Positions 25,302-39,600 of a DNA stretch of 64,000 bases are shown one piece after another. The position numbers and the translations under genes are program-made. The DNA is from Thalia democratica (Eukaryota): NCBI GenBank assembly GCA_965202585.1, contig OZ241833.1, forward strand, positions 41,912,001-41,976,000. The letters are read 5' to 3'. Within the stretch, counting starts at the first letter, position 1; every line of letters begins with the position of its first letter. The notes under the pieces are model-generated. The model did no database searches and was not told the DNA's origin. It worked only from the letters and a program-made list of their open reading frames with translations.

Positions 25302-26708
25302 GTAAAATAATTTTACGTTTTATAACTTACTTTTAACAAAACCATTTATACAGTAAAGCTTTGAATCTAAATAAAGTTAATAAACATAGCTGAACAAACC
25401 ATAACATAGCTTTTACCAATAATCAATGTAATATAATTTCAAAAGACTTTGATTAGTTAAAAACAATTTTCATTTTTCACATACTATATTAAATATGTAT
25501 TAAGTTTTTATGTTTAATGTTCATATAAAAAAAATAATTTAGCACTTTAACTTATTATTAGTAACTATATTAACTTATTTGTCTTGAATGAACAACCAAA
25601 GCAAAATCAAACGTTATATTTTAAAAGTGTAAAATATTGTACAGCAGCTTTGTATTGTTACGTCACTATAAACTAATTTATTATAAGAGCGTTTCTGAAA
25701 ACTTCAATTTAGTATCAAAAAATTTTTGAGCAGTTAGTACACTTGTGTTTTGGAAATCATCAATCACAACTTTAGACAATGTATTGAATTCCAAAAAATG
25801 TTATAAAAGTATATTTTCATTTAATTTATAGTTAAGCATAAGCAAACTTTGTTTTATAACAAGTTGTCTTAAATGTTTATAACTACATTTAACTAAGGTT
25901 TGTAATGAAGTTTGTAAAAATAACAAATATTCAAGCAAACTCCCTTTGTAATATAATTTAAACTTTTTGTAGTTTTCTGATACTTAATTGTGGAGTGAGA
26001 CATATTTTGTTTAACTGGAACTTTTTATTTATAATGGTTAGCCTTTTTTTTAACTTATCTTAAATAAATACAAATTCAAATTACTGGTTTAAACAAAGTT
26101 ATTGAAACTTCATTACAAACCTTAGTTAAATGAAGTTATAAACATTTAAGACAACTTGTTATAAAACAAAATTTTCTAATGCTTAACTAAATAAAAAAAC
26201 ACTCCAATAACATTTTTGGAATTCAGTTCATTGTATAAAGTTGTAATTGATATAATTTTTAAAATACAAGTGTACTAACTGCTCAAAAATTTTTTGATAC
26301 TAAATTGAAGTTTTCAGAAACGCTCTTAAAATAAGTTACTTTATAGTGACGTAACAATACAAAGCTGCTGTACAATATTTTACACTTTTGAAAGAAAAAG
26401 TTTGATTTTGCTTTGGTTTTTCATTCAAGACAAATAAATTAATATAATTACTAATAATAAGTTAAAGTGCTAAATTATTTTATAAGAACATTAAATATAA
26501 AAACTTAGTACATATTTAATATAGTATGGGGAAAATGACAATTATTTTTAACTAACAAAAGTCTTTTGAAATTATATTACATTGATTATTGTTAAAAGTT
26601 TTTTAAAGTAGTATTTTCAGCTATGTTTATCAACTTTCTTTAGATTCAAAGCTTTACTGTATAAGACATTTTGTTAAAAGTAAGTTTTAAAACGTAAAAT
26701 TATTTTAC

Positions 26709-26788
26709 AAAAGAGTAGGAGTGCAGCTGACTCGATCTCGGGTCGCTGGATCCCGATCACTTTACAACAACCGTTCGACTATACTACC
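26709..26788 (-). pseudogene. Mirror copy of the tRNA-Leu-like unit, right palindrome arm
   Basis: Reverse complement of 25222-25301 with a few substitutions. Copy at 53082-53161. Confidence 0.5.
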
Positions 26789-29700
26789 TTGCGCTCAAAA
26801 GCATATTTTTGAGTATATCAAGTCAAAATTTCTTTTAGTAAACAATCTTTTTATTTTATTTACAATATTTAGTTAGGTTGCATATATGCAAATGTACCTA
26901 AACTTAGTTTATTTGATAGTATTTATCTGTTTAAAACCCTGTTTGCAAATTTTCTGATACTCAGAAGCTTTTTAAGTAGCTTTATTACAACTTTAGTTAG
27001 TGTACTTAGTTTAGTAGATGATAAGTACTATTTACTAATGATCTTGGTTTACATTTTTTATTATTTTATTACATATTTTTATTTTATTCATAGATTTCAC
27101 AGTTTATGGAAATGAAATTTTTTTATTTTAGCAAAAAAGTTTTAATTTTTTTCAAAACAAGCTTGTAATACATCTTGATTTGTTTTCAAAAAACAATTTA
27201 AAAACTTTTAAGATATACTGTTTAGAAAAAATAATAACTTAATTGTAATAAGATAATGCTTAGTAGTTGGAATGTGTATACTTGCTTAACTATTGTACAA
27301 AATCTTTATTTTTTTCGTGATTTGTTTGTAAACAATAAGCATTAATATATATTTTTTTTATGCATTTTATTTTATAGCTGGGAGGTTAATAAAAAAAAGA
27401 AGTTTTATAAAAATGTAAATTGTAAAGTATACAATGTAAACATATTATAGATATTTTCTAATTTAGATATAGGGCAAAACGAAGCTTTTAAAATATCTAT
27501 CCAATAAATGTAGTAGACTAAACAAACGAATACTATTAGCTGGTAAAAAAGCTGATAAATAAATCTATAATACATAAAACTTTCTTTTACATTTTAGACT
27601 ATTACAACGTGGTTTGCACAATACACGCATAGAAATTGTTCACAAATACATTCAATGATAAATTTCTAATAAATCTTCTTAAGAAAGTAGCTGTTAAGAT
27701 ATAGAAACAACTAAATCAAAATAAAATCAGGTTTAGTAGATAAAAGTTGTATAAATATTTATCTATATTAGACAAATATATTTTTTATTAAACTATTTTT
27801 AACAGCTCCTGAAAGTTTTTCAATATTATCCTTAGCATTAAGTAAAATAAAACCAAAAAAATACTTGACCAGCGTTTTAATACAAGACTAAAAGTAAAAG
27901 TGTTTACCAAGCAATGTTTCGAGAATCTTAAATTAGTTTGATTTGAAAAAATGTTTGTAAAAACAATATATAAGTATTTAAACTAATAACGTCTTCAGAG
28001 TTTTTGAGTTATTTTATGCAATATTTCGTTTTAAGTTTTAGTTCGTTTTAGTAAAAAGTGTTAACTAAGCAATGTTAACTGTTTCGAGGATCTTAAAATA
28101 GTTTAATTCGAAAAAATGTTTGTAAAAACAATATATAAGTATTTTAGTTCGTTAAAGATTCGAAATTAATTTTTAACTTTTAATTTTATATGACTTCTAA
28201 TAAATTTAAAGTAAGCTTAATGCATTTTAACGAAACGAGTGTTATAATGTAATGCACAAGTTATTTCCTGACAATCTTTTAATTTTTTTGATATTTAAGT
28301 AAAATGTTTTTTAAGTTTTAAGCATAATTGCCATATTTTGTGTACTTTCATCGTTGTGAGAATTTTCTGGTTTCATATAACTAAACTATTGAATATCTAG
28401 TATTAATAAATTATATGAAGTAAGTGGTAAAAGTACAGCTAGATTTGAAGAAGTTAAATTTTAAATGGCGCTACTTTGAAAAAAAAGCTAACTTATCCAC
28501 AAATCGGGACCAAAATTACAAAACTGGGTTATAAATATGATAAATTGAGTCTTAAGACTTTATATAACAATGTTTTAATCCATCTAACTCAATATATCAA
28601 ATGTAAGTCGTTTTAGAAACAAGTTTACTTTTTAAAACGTATTGCATTATTTTCTACTACAGCTACTACAGTATATTATATATATTATTATTTTTATTTA
28701 TTTTTATTTAAGATTGATATTAAACAAAAACTTTACACTTTAATTTAAATTTTTTCTTGAGTTCTTTTTATTTCAACAAGATTTAGTCCTTGATTGTAAA
28801 ATTTCTTAATTTTAGGTGGTTTCCCTTTTATTGTTTGCAAGCTAAATTCAGTAAAATTGAGAAACATTTTAGCTTGTACTAAATAACTTAATATTTGTTG
28901 ATTAAAAATGTAATTTTCAATGTACACAATAAATCTAACTTTCTTAAATACATGTTTAGTTTTAAAATTATAACTTAATCTGTTTTACACCAACTGTAAC
29001 CTTGTATTGTACAAAAATCATGTTAAAATGCAAATTACTACTTTTTTTCAAATTTGACAAATAACAAGTCACACTTATCTGTAAACTCTTTAAACAAAAA
29101 AAAATACAATGTTGAAAATAAGTTGTCACTTTTAACAAACAGATTTATTGAAATTTTATTTACATATTCCTTATATAATGCCATGGTTGAGGGATTAGTA
29201 GCTTAATACAACTTTGTCTTATTCATAATTATTTAAGATGTTTGTACAATTAGTTTCTTTTTAATGCATTTAAAGATTGAAATAAATTTCAATACTCAGT
29301 GAACCAAAGTTATTGGATTTAATGTGTGTTTTATTGAAGGCTACAAGTAAAAAGACTAATTCCTTAAATATCTGTCTCATCCTACAGCCTTTCAAGCATT
29401 AATCTTAAAACTTTATCAGTACAAACAAAGAAAATCTACCTAAATTTTAAATTATCCTCAGCAAAAAACTATGTTTTACTTTTCTAAAACTGACTAAACC
29501 CTACAAATAATTTATTTAAAGTCTATATATTTTATAATGTTATACACTTCCTAAAATAATCAAAAATATGGATTAATGAAGACTTATGTAATAAATTAAG
29601 CTTACTAAGCTATCAATGCAATATTATATTCAAGTAAAGTGACAAGTTTTATTTAAAATCATTTAGTTTTAACTTGTTTTTTTTTAAACTCATTGAACAA

Positions 29701-30233
29701 CATTAATACCAGCTTTTTGGGTATTAAATATGAGACTGTAACATTATATATCTTGTTTCAAAATATAAGTAGATGTATATTTTATTTAAAATTACTATAG
29801 TTTTACTATGCATTTAAAAAGTTATTTAATACATTTTTGGTCCTTTTTCTCATATCATGTACACTATTTTATATAACTAGATTTTTATATACATATAGAC
29901 TATTAAAACAACTAAAGTTTATCACAAAAAGTAAAAATATCTACCATCATAAAACTTATAAAACTTCTTCATTTATAGATATGTGTTTACATATTTCAAT
30001 GATTTTTACATAGTTTTAATGCATACTTAATTAAGCTTGTTATAATGTTAGTTTATTGGATTTTGTGGAAATTTTTCATGAATGTTTTAACTCATTTTTA
30101 GCGTGTGTGTTTTGAAAGACATTTAATGAGGTGTTATGTTATAAACAACACAAAATGTTTGAAAATCATTGGTGAGCCGATGAACCTTGTTAAACACAAA
30201 AGTGTTGAATTGCAACGTTAAATATTACTTGTA

Positions 30234-30652
30234 CAGAGTTGCCACGAAACCTGGAATCCTGGAAAAGCCTGGAATTTGACAATTTAGGCTAAAAAAACCT
30301 GGAATTTGAGAAATTTTGAAAAAAAAATTGGAAAAATCAGAAGTTTTGATCAAAGATCACAAAAAAATATAGGGTTTAAACAGTTTTTGTAAGTTAAGTA
30401 GTAAGGTTTTGATTTGACACAAAAATCTATCATGTGGACAAAAAATTTTTGTCAACATCAAAAGTTTTTTATAATAAAATACATTTAAATAATTTTACAG
30501 TATCTTTTCAATTTTATTATACTTTTTAACACAGTTTTCAACCTTTTACTTAACTTTAAACTAAAAATAGATTCAAAAACGTGTATTTTAAAAAACCTAG
30601 AAGAAATTCAGAAAACTTGGAAAAAATTTCTTAATAACCAGTGGTAACCCTG
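30234..30652. mobile_element. Same MITE, unit 2 copy
   Basis: Same TSD; left TIR mutated to CAGAGTTGCCAC. Confidence 0.8.
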
Positions 30653-33600
30653 CTTGTAGCTTAGTTTAAACTTAAAAAAATGTAATTTATTAACTGTATT
30701 TAAATGTGTGTTCAATTTAGATAGACCATAATACGCAACAACATATTGAAAATCATAACAGTTTAAAAAAATGTTTTTAGCTATGAGCAAAATTTGCTTC
30801 AAGTTCTCTCTGGTGCTAGTTTACATGCAACCTAATGTGATATTTAAACTAATTTCGTTCGAGATACGTATCATGCATGGGAAAAATGTATACTATCGTT
30901 AACAGAAAGTTTAAATTAATATGTCATCAACTTGAAACATTAAAGTTCGAACTTGCTCGGAACTTTTTTTCACGGTCAGAGTTGCCTGAAGGTTGCAGAT
31001 TTCAACAAACCATTTAAACTGCAATCAATCAGCCACGATCAAACAAAATGCGACTGACCGTAAAGTCAACGTTTTACATACTAGTTTCTAGCTGGTGGTT
31101 TTCTTGTGAAATATTTCGAAATAGTTCAGCGGTGTTTTTGTTCGGTCGGGATTGAAACGTTACTGGTATGAATATTTTGATCAATCCAAAACCGACTAAG
31201 CGTGATTTGTGTCTTTTTTGTTTGCGTTTTCAATTGAAAAAGCGGTTAAAAACTAGTTCTGCATACAGGGATTTGTAAGTAAGCCGGGCGTTTTTAAAAC
31301 TAATTCTTAAATTAGTTGAACAAATTTTTTTTTATATTCGATCAAAAAGATTTTGATATTAAAAAAAAAATATTGTGGTAAATAAAACGTTTTGTGAATT
31401 ATAGTTTTTACGCGTAGAAGGTAATTTGCTTCCAATTAAAAAAGTTAAAAATTCTTACAGAAACATTTACACTGATATTGCAGTTTTAAAACAGGGCGGA
31501 TTAGAAAGTTAATTTTTTAAATAAATTTGTAAAGAACTATAAATTGAACATGATGTTACTTTGCTTTCAAATTAGAAGAATATGTTTTAATTTACGTAAT
31601 ATTCAAAAAATATAGATCAGTATTTCTGTATATTAACACAAGTGTTGCAATAATCGTATGCATTTTAAATCAGAATGGTTTAAAAAGTTACTGATTTAAG
31701 TGCAACTTTTTAAAATTTTATTAAACAAACGTGATCACACTTTGTATACAAATGGAAATTTGAGGCGTAATTTAACATTAATTTTTTAATTAGATTAAAT
31801 TCAAATGCATGTTGCCACAAATTCTAATACATTCAAATTCAAATCACAACGGATTAAAAAGCATTACTATTGTAAGTGTAACTTTTCAAAAACTAAAAGT
31901 TTAATATAAAATGATAAACTTTGCATACAAATGATAGTTTTGAGGCGTAATATACCATTAATTTTTAGATTTTTTTTAATTCAAATACATATTTTGTCAG
32001 AACGTATTAAAATGCAACTTTTCAAATACTATAGACTAAACGTGATATACTTTGCGTTCAAATGGAAAACGTATTGACCACAAGTTTTGCGAATTTAAAA
32101 TTCAAAAAAATGCTTTAAAGACTAAAAAGTATTACCATTGTAAGTGAAACTTTTAGAAAAAATGTGCTAAACCTAGTTATGCTTTTATTTTAAAAAGTTA
32201 GCACTAAGTTATTACAAAAACTTCTTCTTAATATTTTATATGTATTATGTTTGAACAGATTAAAAAGTTTTACTATTGTAAAATGCAAGTTTTCAAAAAA
32301 CTACAAACTAAACATGATACACTCAGCATTCAAATGAAAAAACGCATCAACCATTAATTTTCAAAATTTCGAAGCGAACATGCAACTAGTGTAAGTGCAA
32401 TATTAGAAAATTTAACTAGAACGTGATAACACTTTGCATTCAAATGAAAAACGTACTAAGCATAAATTTTAAAATGAACGTGACATCCACCAAGCGCATT
32501 TTGCGCTCAACCAGCGAGAATGTGATTTGCATACTAGTTTTACATATAGCTTCGGGGCATAAATTGAATAAAGTGAAAAGTATTGATGAGTATCAACACG
32601 AATTGTTGAAAGGTCTGCCGGGTTTATTGGCTGGTTGAAACAAATTGTTTGAATATTTGCTGTAAAATGTTTAAAATTAGTTTAAATATATAAATAAACG
32701 TTGCAATGTTAGGAATAATGTCAAGTATTTTTATAAATTAAGTTGATACATTTTAAAAGTTTTGCTGATTTTGTTAAACTTTTGAAAAATGACATTTGTA
32801 TAAATTGAGTTAATTTATAAACTGTTAGATTTTGGTGGTTCTGTAAAAATAAATAAAGTAATGTTGTAATAAATTGCTGACATTATAACAAATTAAAATA
32901 ATATCTGGAAAAAAAAACAAAATAGTTTTAAAAAGTCTCAACGATTTTTAGACAATTGGTAAAAGCTTTGTTGTAACTATTGATTGATTGAAATATTTAA
33001 GTTTTGCCTAATACAAACAAAATGAGAATTGTTGAATAATACTGTGGTGTGTTCAAATAACAATGTTTATTATTGCTCTATTTTGGGAAATATTCTAATT
33101 AATTATCTCGCTTAGACTATGTCTAAAGTAATTTTAGTATAATGTTATAAGCCATCATATTTTTTTGTTATTTGTTCGTTTGAAAACAAATTGTACAAAA
33201 ATATTGTTTCCTAAGTGTAAACTTGAACAATTTTTTACTTCACACGTTTAAAATTTAGTATATTTTAAAAATAACTTATTAATTATTTGATTTATTTTCT
33301 AAATATATAATAATTTTAAAAAAATATTTTCTGCGTGAGTTTGTCTTGTATGTTTAACATTGATTTCTATAAAGCTTCATAGAATGGAATTATAAAATAT
33401 TTTGAGAGTTCTAAAAAAAGCAATTAGTTTTGAACAACAAAATTGTCACCAAAAACATTTCAAACTTTTTTTTTTGGTTTGTTAATGCAAAATAAAAGAA
33501 GCAACTACTATGGTTGCTTATGGTTGTGGCTATTGCTGTTTATCATTTTAATCTAAATGTCATTTTTAGTGTTGTTTTTTTAGGAAACATTTGTGCGATT

Positions 33601-36600
33601 AAAAGTTGTGCACTGTATACATTGTTTTTTAACTATTTAACTAAAAACACAGCTATATTTGTTTTTTAGTCTAAATATTTACTGATTACTTGTTAAAAGA
33701 ACTACAAGCAAAAATCCAAGAGTTTACTTCACCCTTTGTTAATTTAGAGGTATGACTCATATTTATTGTTAAATTTTTTGTAAACCTTTAACCTACTTTT
33801 TTTTTTTGCAAAACATTTTAATTTCTCTGAAAACATGAAAACAGTTGTTATTGACAAATTTCGAAGCTAAACACTTCCTATATGAATATACTTGAATTAA
33901 ATTCAAATAAGTAGCTTAAAAAGTGGTAAGGAAAATTCAATTTCTCAACGGATTTTTTTTAATTGAAAAATTAAAAATATTGAAATATCCATTAATAACT
34001 TTAAAGTAATTTAATTTAACAACTTTTTTACGTCCAATAAATAGTTTAATAAATTTTAAACTACTTATCATCACCGGGTTTTTACCGAAAACAAATATTA
34101 TTTGTCTTGTTGAGTTTTTGACGCATTTACAATATTAAAAGTTTTCTAGCAAATTAGTTTTTTGTAAAGTTTCCAAAACACTTTTAATAAAGATTTATTT
34201 TCTGAGCAAAGCAAAGGTTTAGTTTGAAACAAAGGTTAAAAGTTACTCTTGATTAGTTGTTTAACTTGTAAAATGTAACAGACAAACAGACAAACAAATG
34301 TAAAAAATTCTAAGTGAGTGAAACAGTCTTATTTTCGTTTCAAATTGGATTAAAAGGTCAAGTTTCAAATGGTTGAAAAATATTTGTGTTTAATCTTGAT
34401 TGATATGTAGAAATAATACTGAGAAAATTTAATTTTTTCTTCAATGTTAAATAAGTTACATAAAGAATTAGCTTTGAATTTAGTTTGTTTTAAAAGTTTA
34501 AAATTTTCGCAGATGTACTCCTAAAAATCATTGGTTTTGGTAGTTTGTATTTATAACGTAGCAAGTTTTATTTTATAGTTATGTTTTCAAAAATTCAGCA
34601 AACTGTTTTAGCGTTAATTGTTAGCAACGTTTTTTCTGCAAATAGAACTTTTTCGACCGTTTGTGTGGACATGAATTATTAAATTCAATCAGAATCCAAA
34701 AAATTAATAATACACGAGTTAGATTTGCATATAAGTTGAAAATAAACTGCTTTTTATTTTGATAACAATCAGTTTGCATTTAATTTTCCTTTCAACGTTC
34801 AAGGTGTAATCACCTGACTTCGCAATAAATTTTGTCAATTAAAAGATTTCTTATAAGCTATGTTGGTTTGTTTGTAGTTTTTGTAGATTATTAACATTTG
34901 TTTATCAATTATATGTAATTAAAAAGAAACATTAAATACATTATAAAACTGACTAATTTAATTTACTTATTTTTTAAACCCAGATAAAGTTAAATGTTAG
35001 TAAACTTATTAACGTTATTACAAATTAAGTGTTTTTATTAATTTGTATTTTAAGCGTTTATTTAAAAAATATCAATAAATAGTAAATAAATATATATATT
35101 TTTTGTAAACAGGTATGTGGCCGTAAATATATATTAAGCAAAACTGATTTTTAATTAATAAAAAAAAAAAACTATACTTTTTATATTATTGTTCTATATA
35201 CTGTATTTCAAAGATATACCTTTAAAATACAGGCATATTTTAATCAATTAAAATGAAGAAGTTAAGTATAAGTTTTTGGTAAACTGTTTTAAAATTTGGT
35301 TAGATGTTTCAAAGATTATAGAAAATCATTATTATCTTACAAACCATTTTTATAATTTGAATATTATTTTAAAAAATTATTCTAATAAAAACACGACCTT
35401 GTAATAGGCACCTAGTTACATAAAAAACCAAATTGGCAAGCTATATGTAAATTAGATACTTGACTGTGCTCTGATTACAATCTCTACAATTTCCAATTAT
35501 TGTTGAGTTCGTGGGAACTCTTAAGTTTACTGAGAAAATTTTTAAGGCGATTATAGCAAATTATTTATTTTATGTGGGTTTTTATTTTTTTAAAGAAAAG
35601 TAAACTTTAATCTGTGAGAAAAATTCCAATGAAAGTTGAACTTTGTAAACTTAGTTTGAAAATTCAGTCTTTAAAAAAGGTTTATTTATGTTCACTAATA
35701 TTTACATGATAAAGTTTTATATTGAAGCAAAAAAAAAAAACAATTTTCATGTGGTTAAACTCGTATCCTTAGAGAAAGTCTTGTAATTTATAAAAAAACG
35801 TTTATTATTTATTTTTATTTAATTCATTTATTTTTATCGAAAAAACATCACCTTGAGCAATTTATTTGAATACAGACTGTGATTGAGTAGGTTATACTGG
35901 TTTAATAAATTAAAAAAACTAAATTGTAATTTATTTTTATTTGTTTAAGTTGTTTTAAATAACTTGGTTGAACTCAAAACTGTTATTTTAATTCACAATT
36001 TTAACCATGATAAATGTTTGAACACGTCAGCAAAATTAATTAATATTTAGATCAGTTGATGATGTTGTTAAAAAAATGTTTTAGTTAAGTGGTTTTAGTC
36101 AACAGATTTAATTTTAGCAGCATCAAAAATATTAATTTATCTATAAAAGCTATTCTGTTTGACTTATTACTAACAATTTTTCAATACGCTAACTACATTT
36201 CATTTTTATCACATATTTATCACATCACACTGTCAAAATTTGTTTTAAATAGTCAAACTCAAACAAATTGTTAAGCATCGGAATAGGCACGAGAGGTTCT
36301 TATCACACCTACACATAACCTTTGAAGTTTTATTTCAACCAAGTAATACATAAGAGTTGCAATTATTTTGCTATTAGTTCAAAAAGTAATATCGAACTCA
36401 ACAAACTAAACAAATTTTAAACTGTTTTGTTATAACGAGATATTTTGTAGTGGCTTGCTCTATTATTCTGTAGTTAGTCGAAAAAGTTTCCGTCAGCTCA
36501 AAAAGTTGGTTGAAACAAACAAGAATTTTTTTTTATTACTTCAAAGCACCCAGCTTTTGAATTGAAACATACAAATCGAAACCCAATAAAATAGTCTAAA

Positions 36601-39600
36601 ATGGATGAACTCAGAATATTCTATGACCTCTGCTTTTAAACTCACATGTTTGTTTTAACCCTAGAGCAAGTCTGGTAATTACCTTAAAAAAAACAGTTAT
36701 CACACAGTTCTGTGGTTTTTGTTAAAAAAAACATTATATTAGGCAATTACAGACCAAGTCTTTGTTCGTGGTCTGATACATTGAAAAAAAAAAACAATTT
36801 ATTTTAATTCTTCGTTTTTATGTGTAATTACCTCACACTGTCAAGTTTTATTTTTCTATTTTATCAAACTCAAGCAAATAACTACACCTGAGAACAAGTA
36901 TACACACAAATGGTTCCGTTACACCTTTAAATAGTACTAAACATGTTTTATTACAAATAACTTACTTGTGTTATACATTCCATCAGCTCAACAAGTTATT
37001 GTGAACTCAAACAAGTTATACGAACTCAGACCATGAACTCAATAAACTCCGTGAACTCTGCTTGGCGATGAACTGAAAAGTTTGGTGAACTCAAACTGGG
37101 TAATAAATCATGATTTAACAGCTTGCTAATATCTTCTCTTAAACCTAAACCATAAACTCAACAAACTAAATAATGTTTAAAGTATTATGCTACAACAAAA
37201 TATTGAAGCAGATTGCGTTTAAATTCTGCAATTAGTTAAAAAAAAAATTAACAAAAACATTTTAAAACAAGCAAGGAAAAAACTTGTTGTTTTCTCACTT
37301 TAAAACACAGCATTAAAAATTCAACAAAGTCGTGTTGAACCCAGAGGCTGGATGAACTCAAAAGTTCTTGTGAACTCAAACTGCGAAATAAATCACAACT
37401 CAGCAGTTTGTCAATACCGTCTGCTAGTTGATTTGAATTCTTAACTGGTTTTTTTGATTTATCTTGGGTGGTGATTGTTGGATTAACCTTTATTTATTTG
37501 AAATGAGTGAGGCGTTCTAGTTCAATTTTAATGTGATAATTGAAGTTTTTTTTAAGTTAAAAAAAAACTTGTTTTACTAACAACATAGTTTTATAACTGT
37601 ATAGTTAGAAATTGGTCTGATAGTTAATGACGCTTGATTTGTAATTAAATTTTCAAAACATTGTTAGTGAGTTGTCAGAAAAGGTTGTTTTAAGTTTAAA
37701 GCTAGTAGTTGTCTTGAATAGTTATGTATGTTTTAGCGCAAACCTTAAATGAAAAAAGAAAATCTGAGGTAAATCTCTGAATTTTATAATAAAAAATTCT
37801 AATGTACAAATTAATGAAAATTATAACTAAAATATATGAATGTTGAATTAAAAGTACTATACGTTGAAGCATGCTTAGCAATATAATTAGTTAGTGTTAA
37901 AAAATATTAATTAAACTTGTAACCTTGAATTAAAAATACACCGATACAATTAGTATTTCTATTTAAAAAAACCTCTCAAGCTATACTTGTAAACTAGTAA
38001 ACATGTCTAAGTTTTATATTTGTATAAATATTTCTTCGCCACTACTTCTTAATGTACAAAAAAACTCCTTATAGCCTTAAAATGCCGTAGACTCAACGAA
38101 AAATGTTAATTATATATATGTGTAAATGGCAGTCTGGCACGTATAAGATATAAAACATGATGGTTGTTTAAATATCTTTTAAATATTTAAATAAAATTTG
38201 AAGTCATTCACCTAAAAGTTTACACAAACTTTTTTATAGTTTAGTTTATTTATATTTGTAAATTTAAACGCGAATCTCACTTTTTTTTACCTTGAAATAA
38301 TTTAATTTTCAATGTACTCAAAAAGTTTATGTGAACTCATACAATTAACTCAATGAAAATAACAAAATCATACAGTAGGTAGTCAGTAGTTCGCATAAAA
38401 TTTAAAAAACAAAACATTGTGGCTCCTTAATGTAACATGGTGTCTATTAAATGTGTTTTCATTAGATAAAGTTTCGATGAATTGTCGTAACTTTTTATAT
38501 ATTATATTATATATTACAACAGTTATTCGAATATCTTTAAAACAACCAAAATTGAAAGGTATTTTACTATAAAGTTTTGAATTATTTCAACAGTTCTTAA
38601 ATTGAAATAACTATGAAAAGGCTTGATGTAACATTATGATTATTTTAGCATTTTTGAAAAACGCAACTAATGTTTGGAGCTACTCGCCTAAAAAGTTTAT
38701 ATGTATGTTTTTTTAAGTAGACTGCTTAGGTTAAGTTGGTAGTTTTTAAAGACATGTTTTTAATAAAAATAATATTTTTTTGATTACTGAAGATTAATTA
38801 TCTTTATTTTGTATTATATATAAAGGTATGATGAATGTTAATTAATATTTTTATTAAAAATAAACATTTACAAGAATAAAAATCAATTAAACAAATATGT
38901 TGAGTTCAAATTACTAATTACTTTATTAAATCCACTAATACTGTAACAAGTAACTTGCCGGTACCATAAAAAAAACTGGTTTACAGGTGAAATTAATGGC
39001 TTTTAATTAAACAAATCCGCAAAGTCAAAATTATCAGTTTACAAAAATTAATCACCAGAGATTTTATAAGAAATCTTGTAGCTAATCAGAAATTTATTTT
39101 TAGTTTAAATCGTAAACTAACACCTTTGAGCGCAAATATAAAACTTGCATGCAAATTATCCACTATGAAAACAAACCTTGAAATTAAATGCAAATTCGTT
39201 TTCGCAATTTCGTTTATTTGATTGCGGTCAGATTGGTAAAGCTCGCAATGATAAATGCAACCTTCTAACCCGATTAACAAAGTCAGACTTGAATAAATAA
39301 ACTCTAAGCTACAGAGTTGAGTATAAAACTAGTTGATGATAACAATTTGGTCATAAATCTGCTTTATTAAGAAGGAATTACGATTAAACTTGTATTCAAA
39401 TAGCAATGTGGTGATATATCGCTTTGTAACTTCCATTCAAAGCCCATTTATTTGAGGTTAAATAAAATATACGATGAAGGTTTTATTGAAAAAATTGTCC
39501 AAACTTTTATTTTATTATTGATTTCAAAGTTGTAACCAATTTGGTGTGAAGTTTTAACGTTTGTACTAAAAGAAAAGTTTCTCAATAAATAAGTTTACGT

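Larger units (their letters stand above)
22434..29774. repeat. 7.3-kb imperfect palindrome (arms 22434-25913 and 26105-29774, ~190-bp spacer)
   Basis: Outer ends atctacttatattttgaaaca / tgtttcaaaatataagtagat; inner ends gtttgtaatgaagttt / aaacttcattacaaac; reverse-complement matches at every interval checked. Confidence 0.95.
5002..29980 (+). repeat. Tandem segmental duplication unit 1 (24,979 bp)
   Basis: atgtgtttacatatttcaatgatttt starts at 5002, 29981 and 56369; colinear content; matching ORFs recur in the track (14606/39086, 20836/45119, 28745/55133). Confidence 0.95.

Noticed and set aside
20720-26788. Functional tRNA genes
   Set aside because: Acceptor, anticodon or T stems are disrupted and insertions are present; reported as tRNA-like pseudogenes instead.
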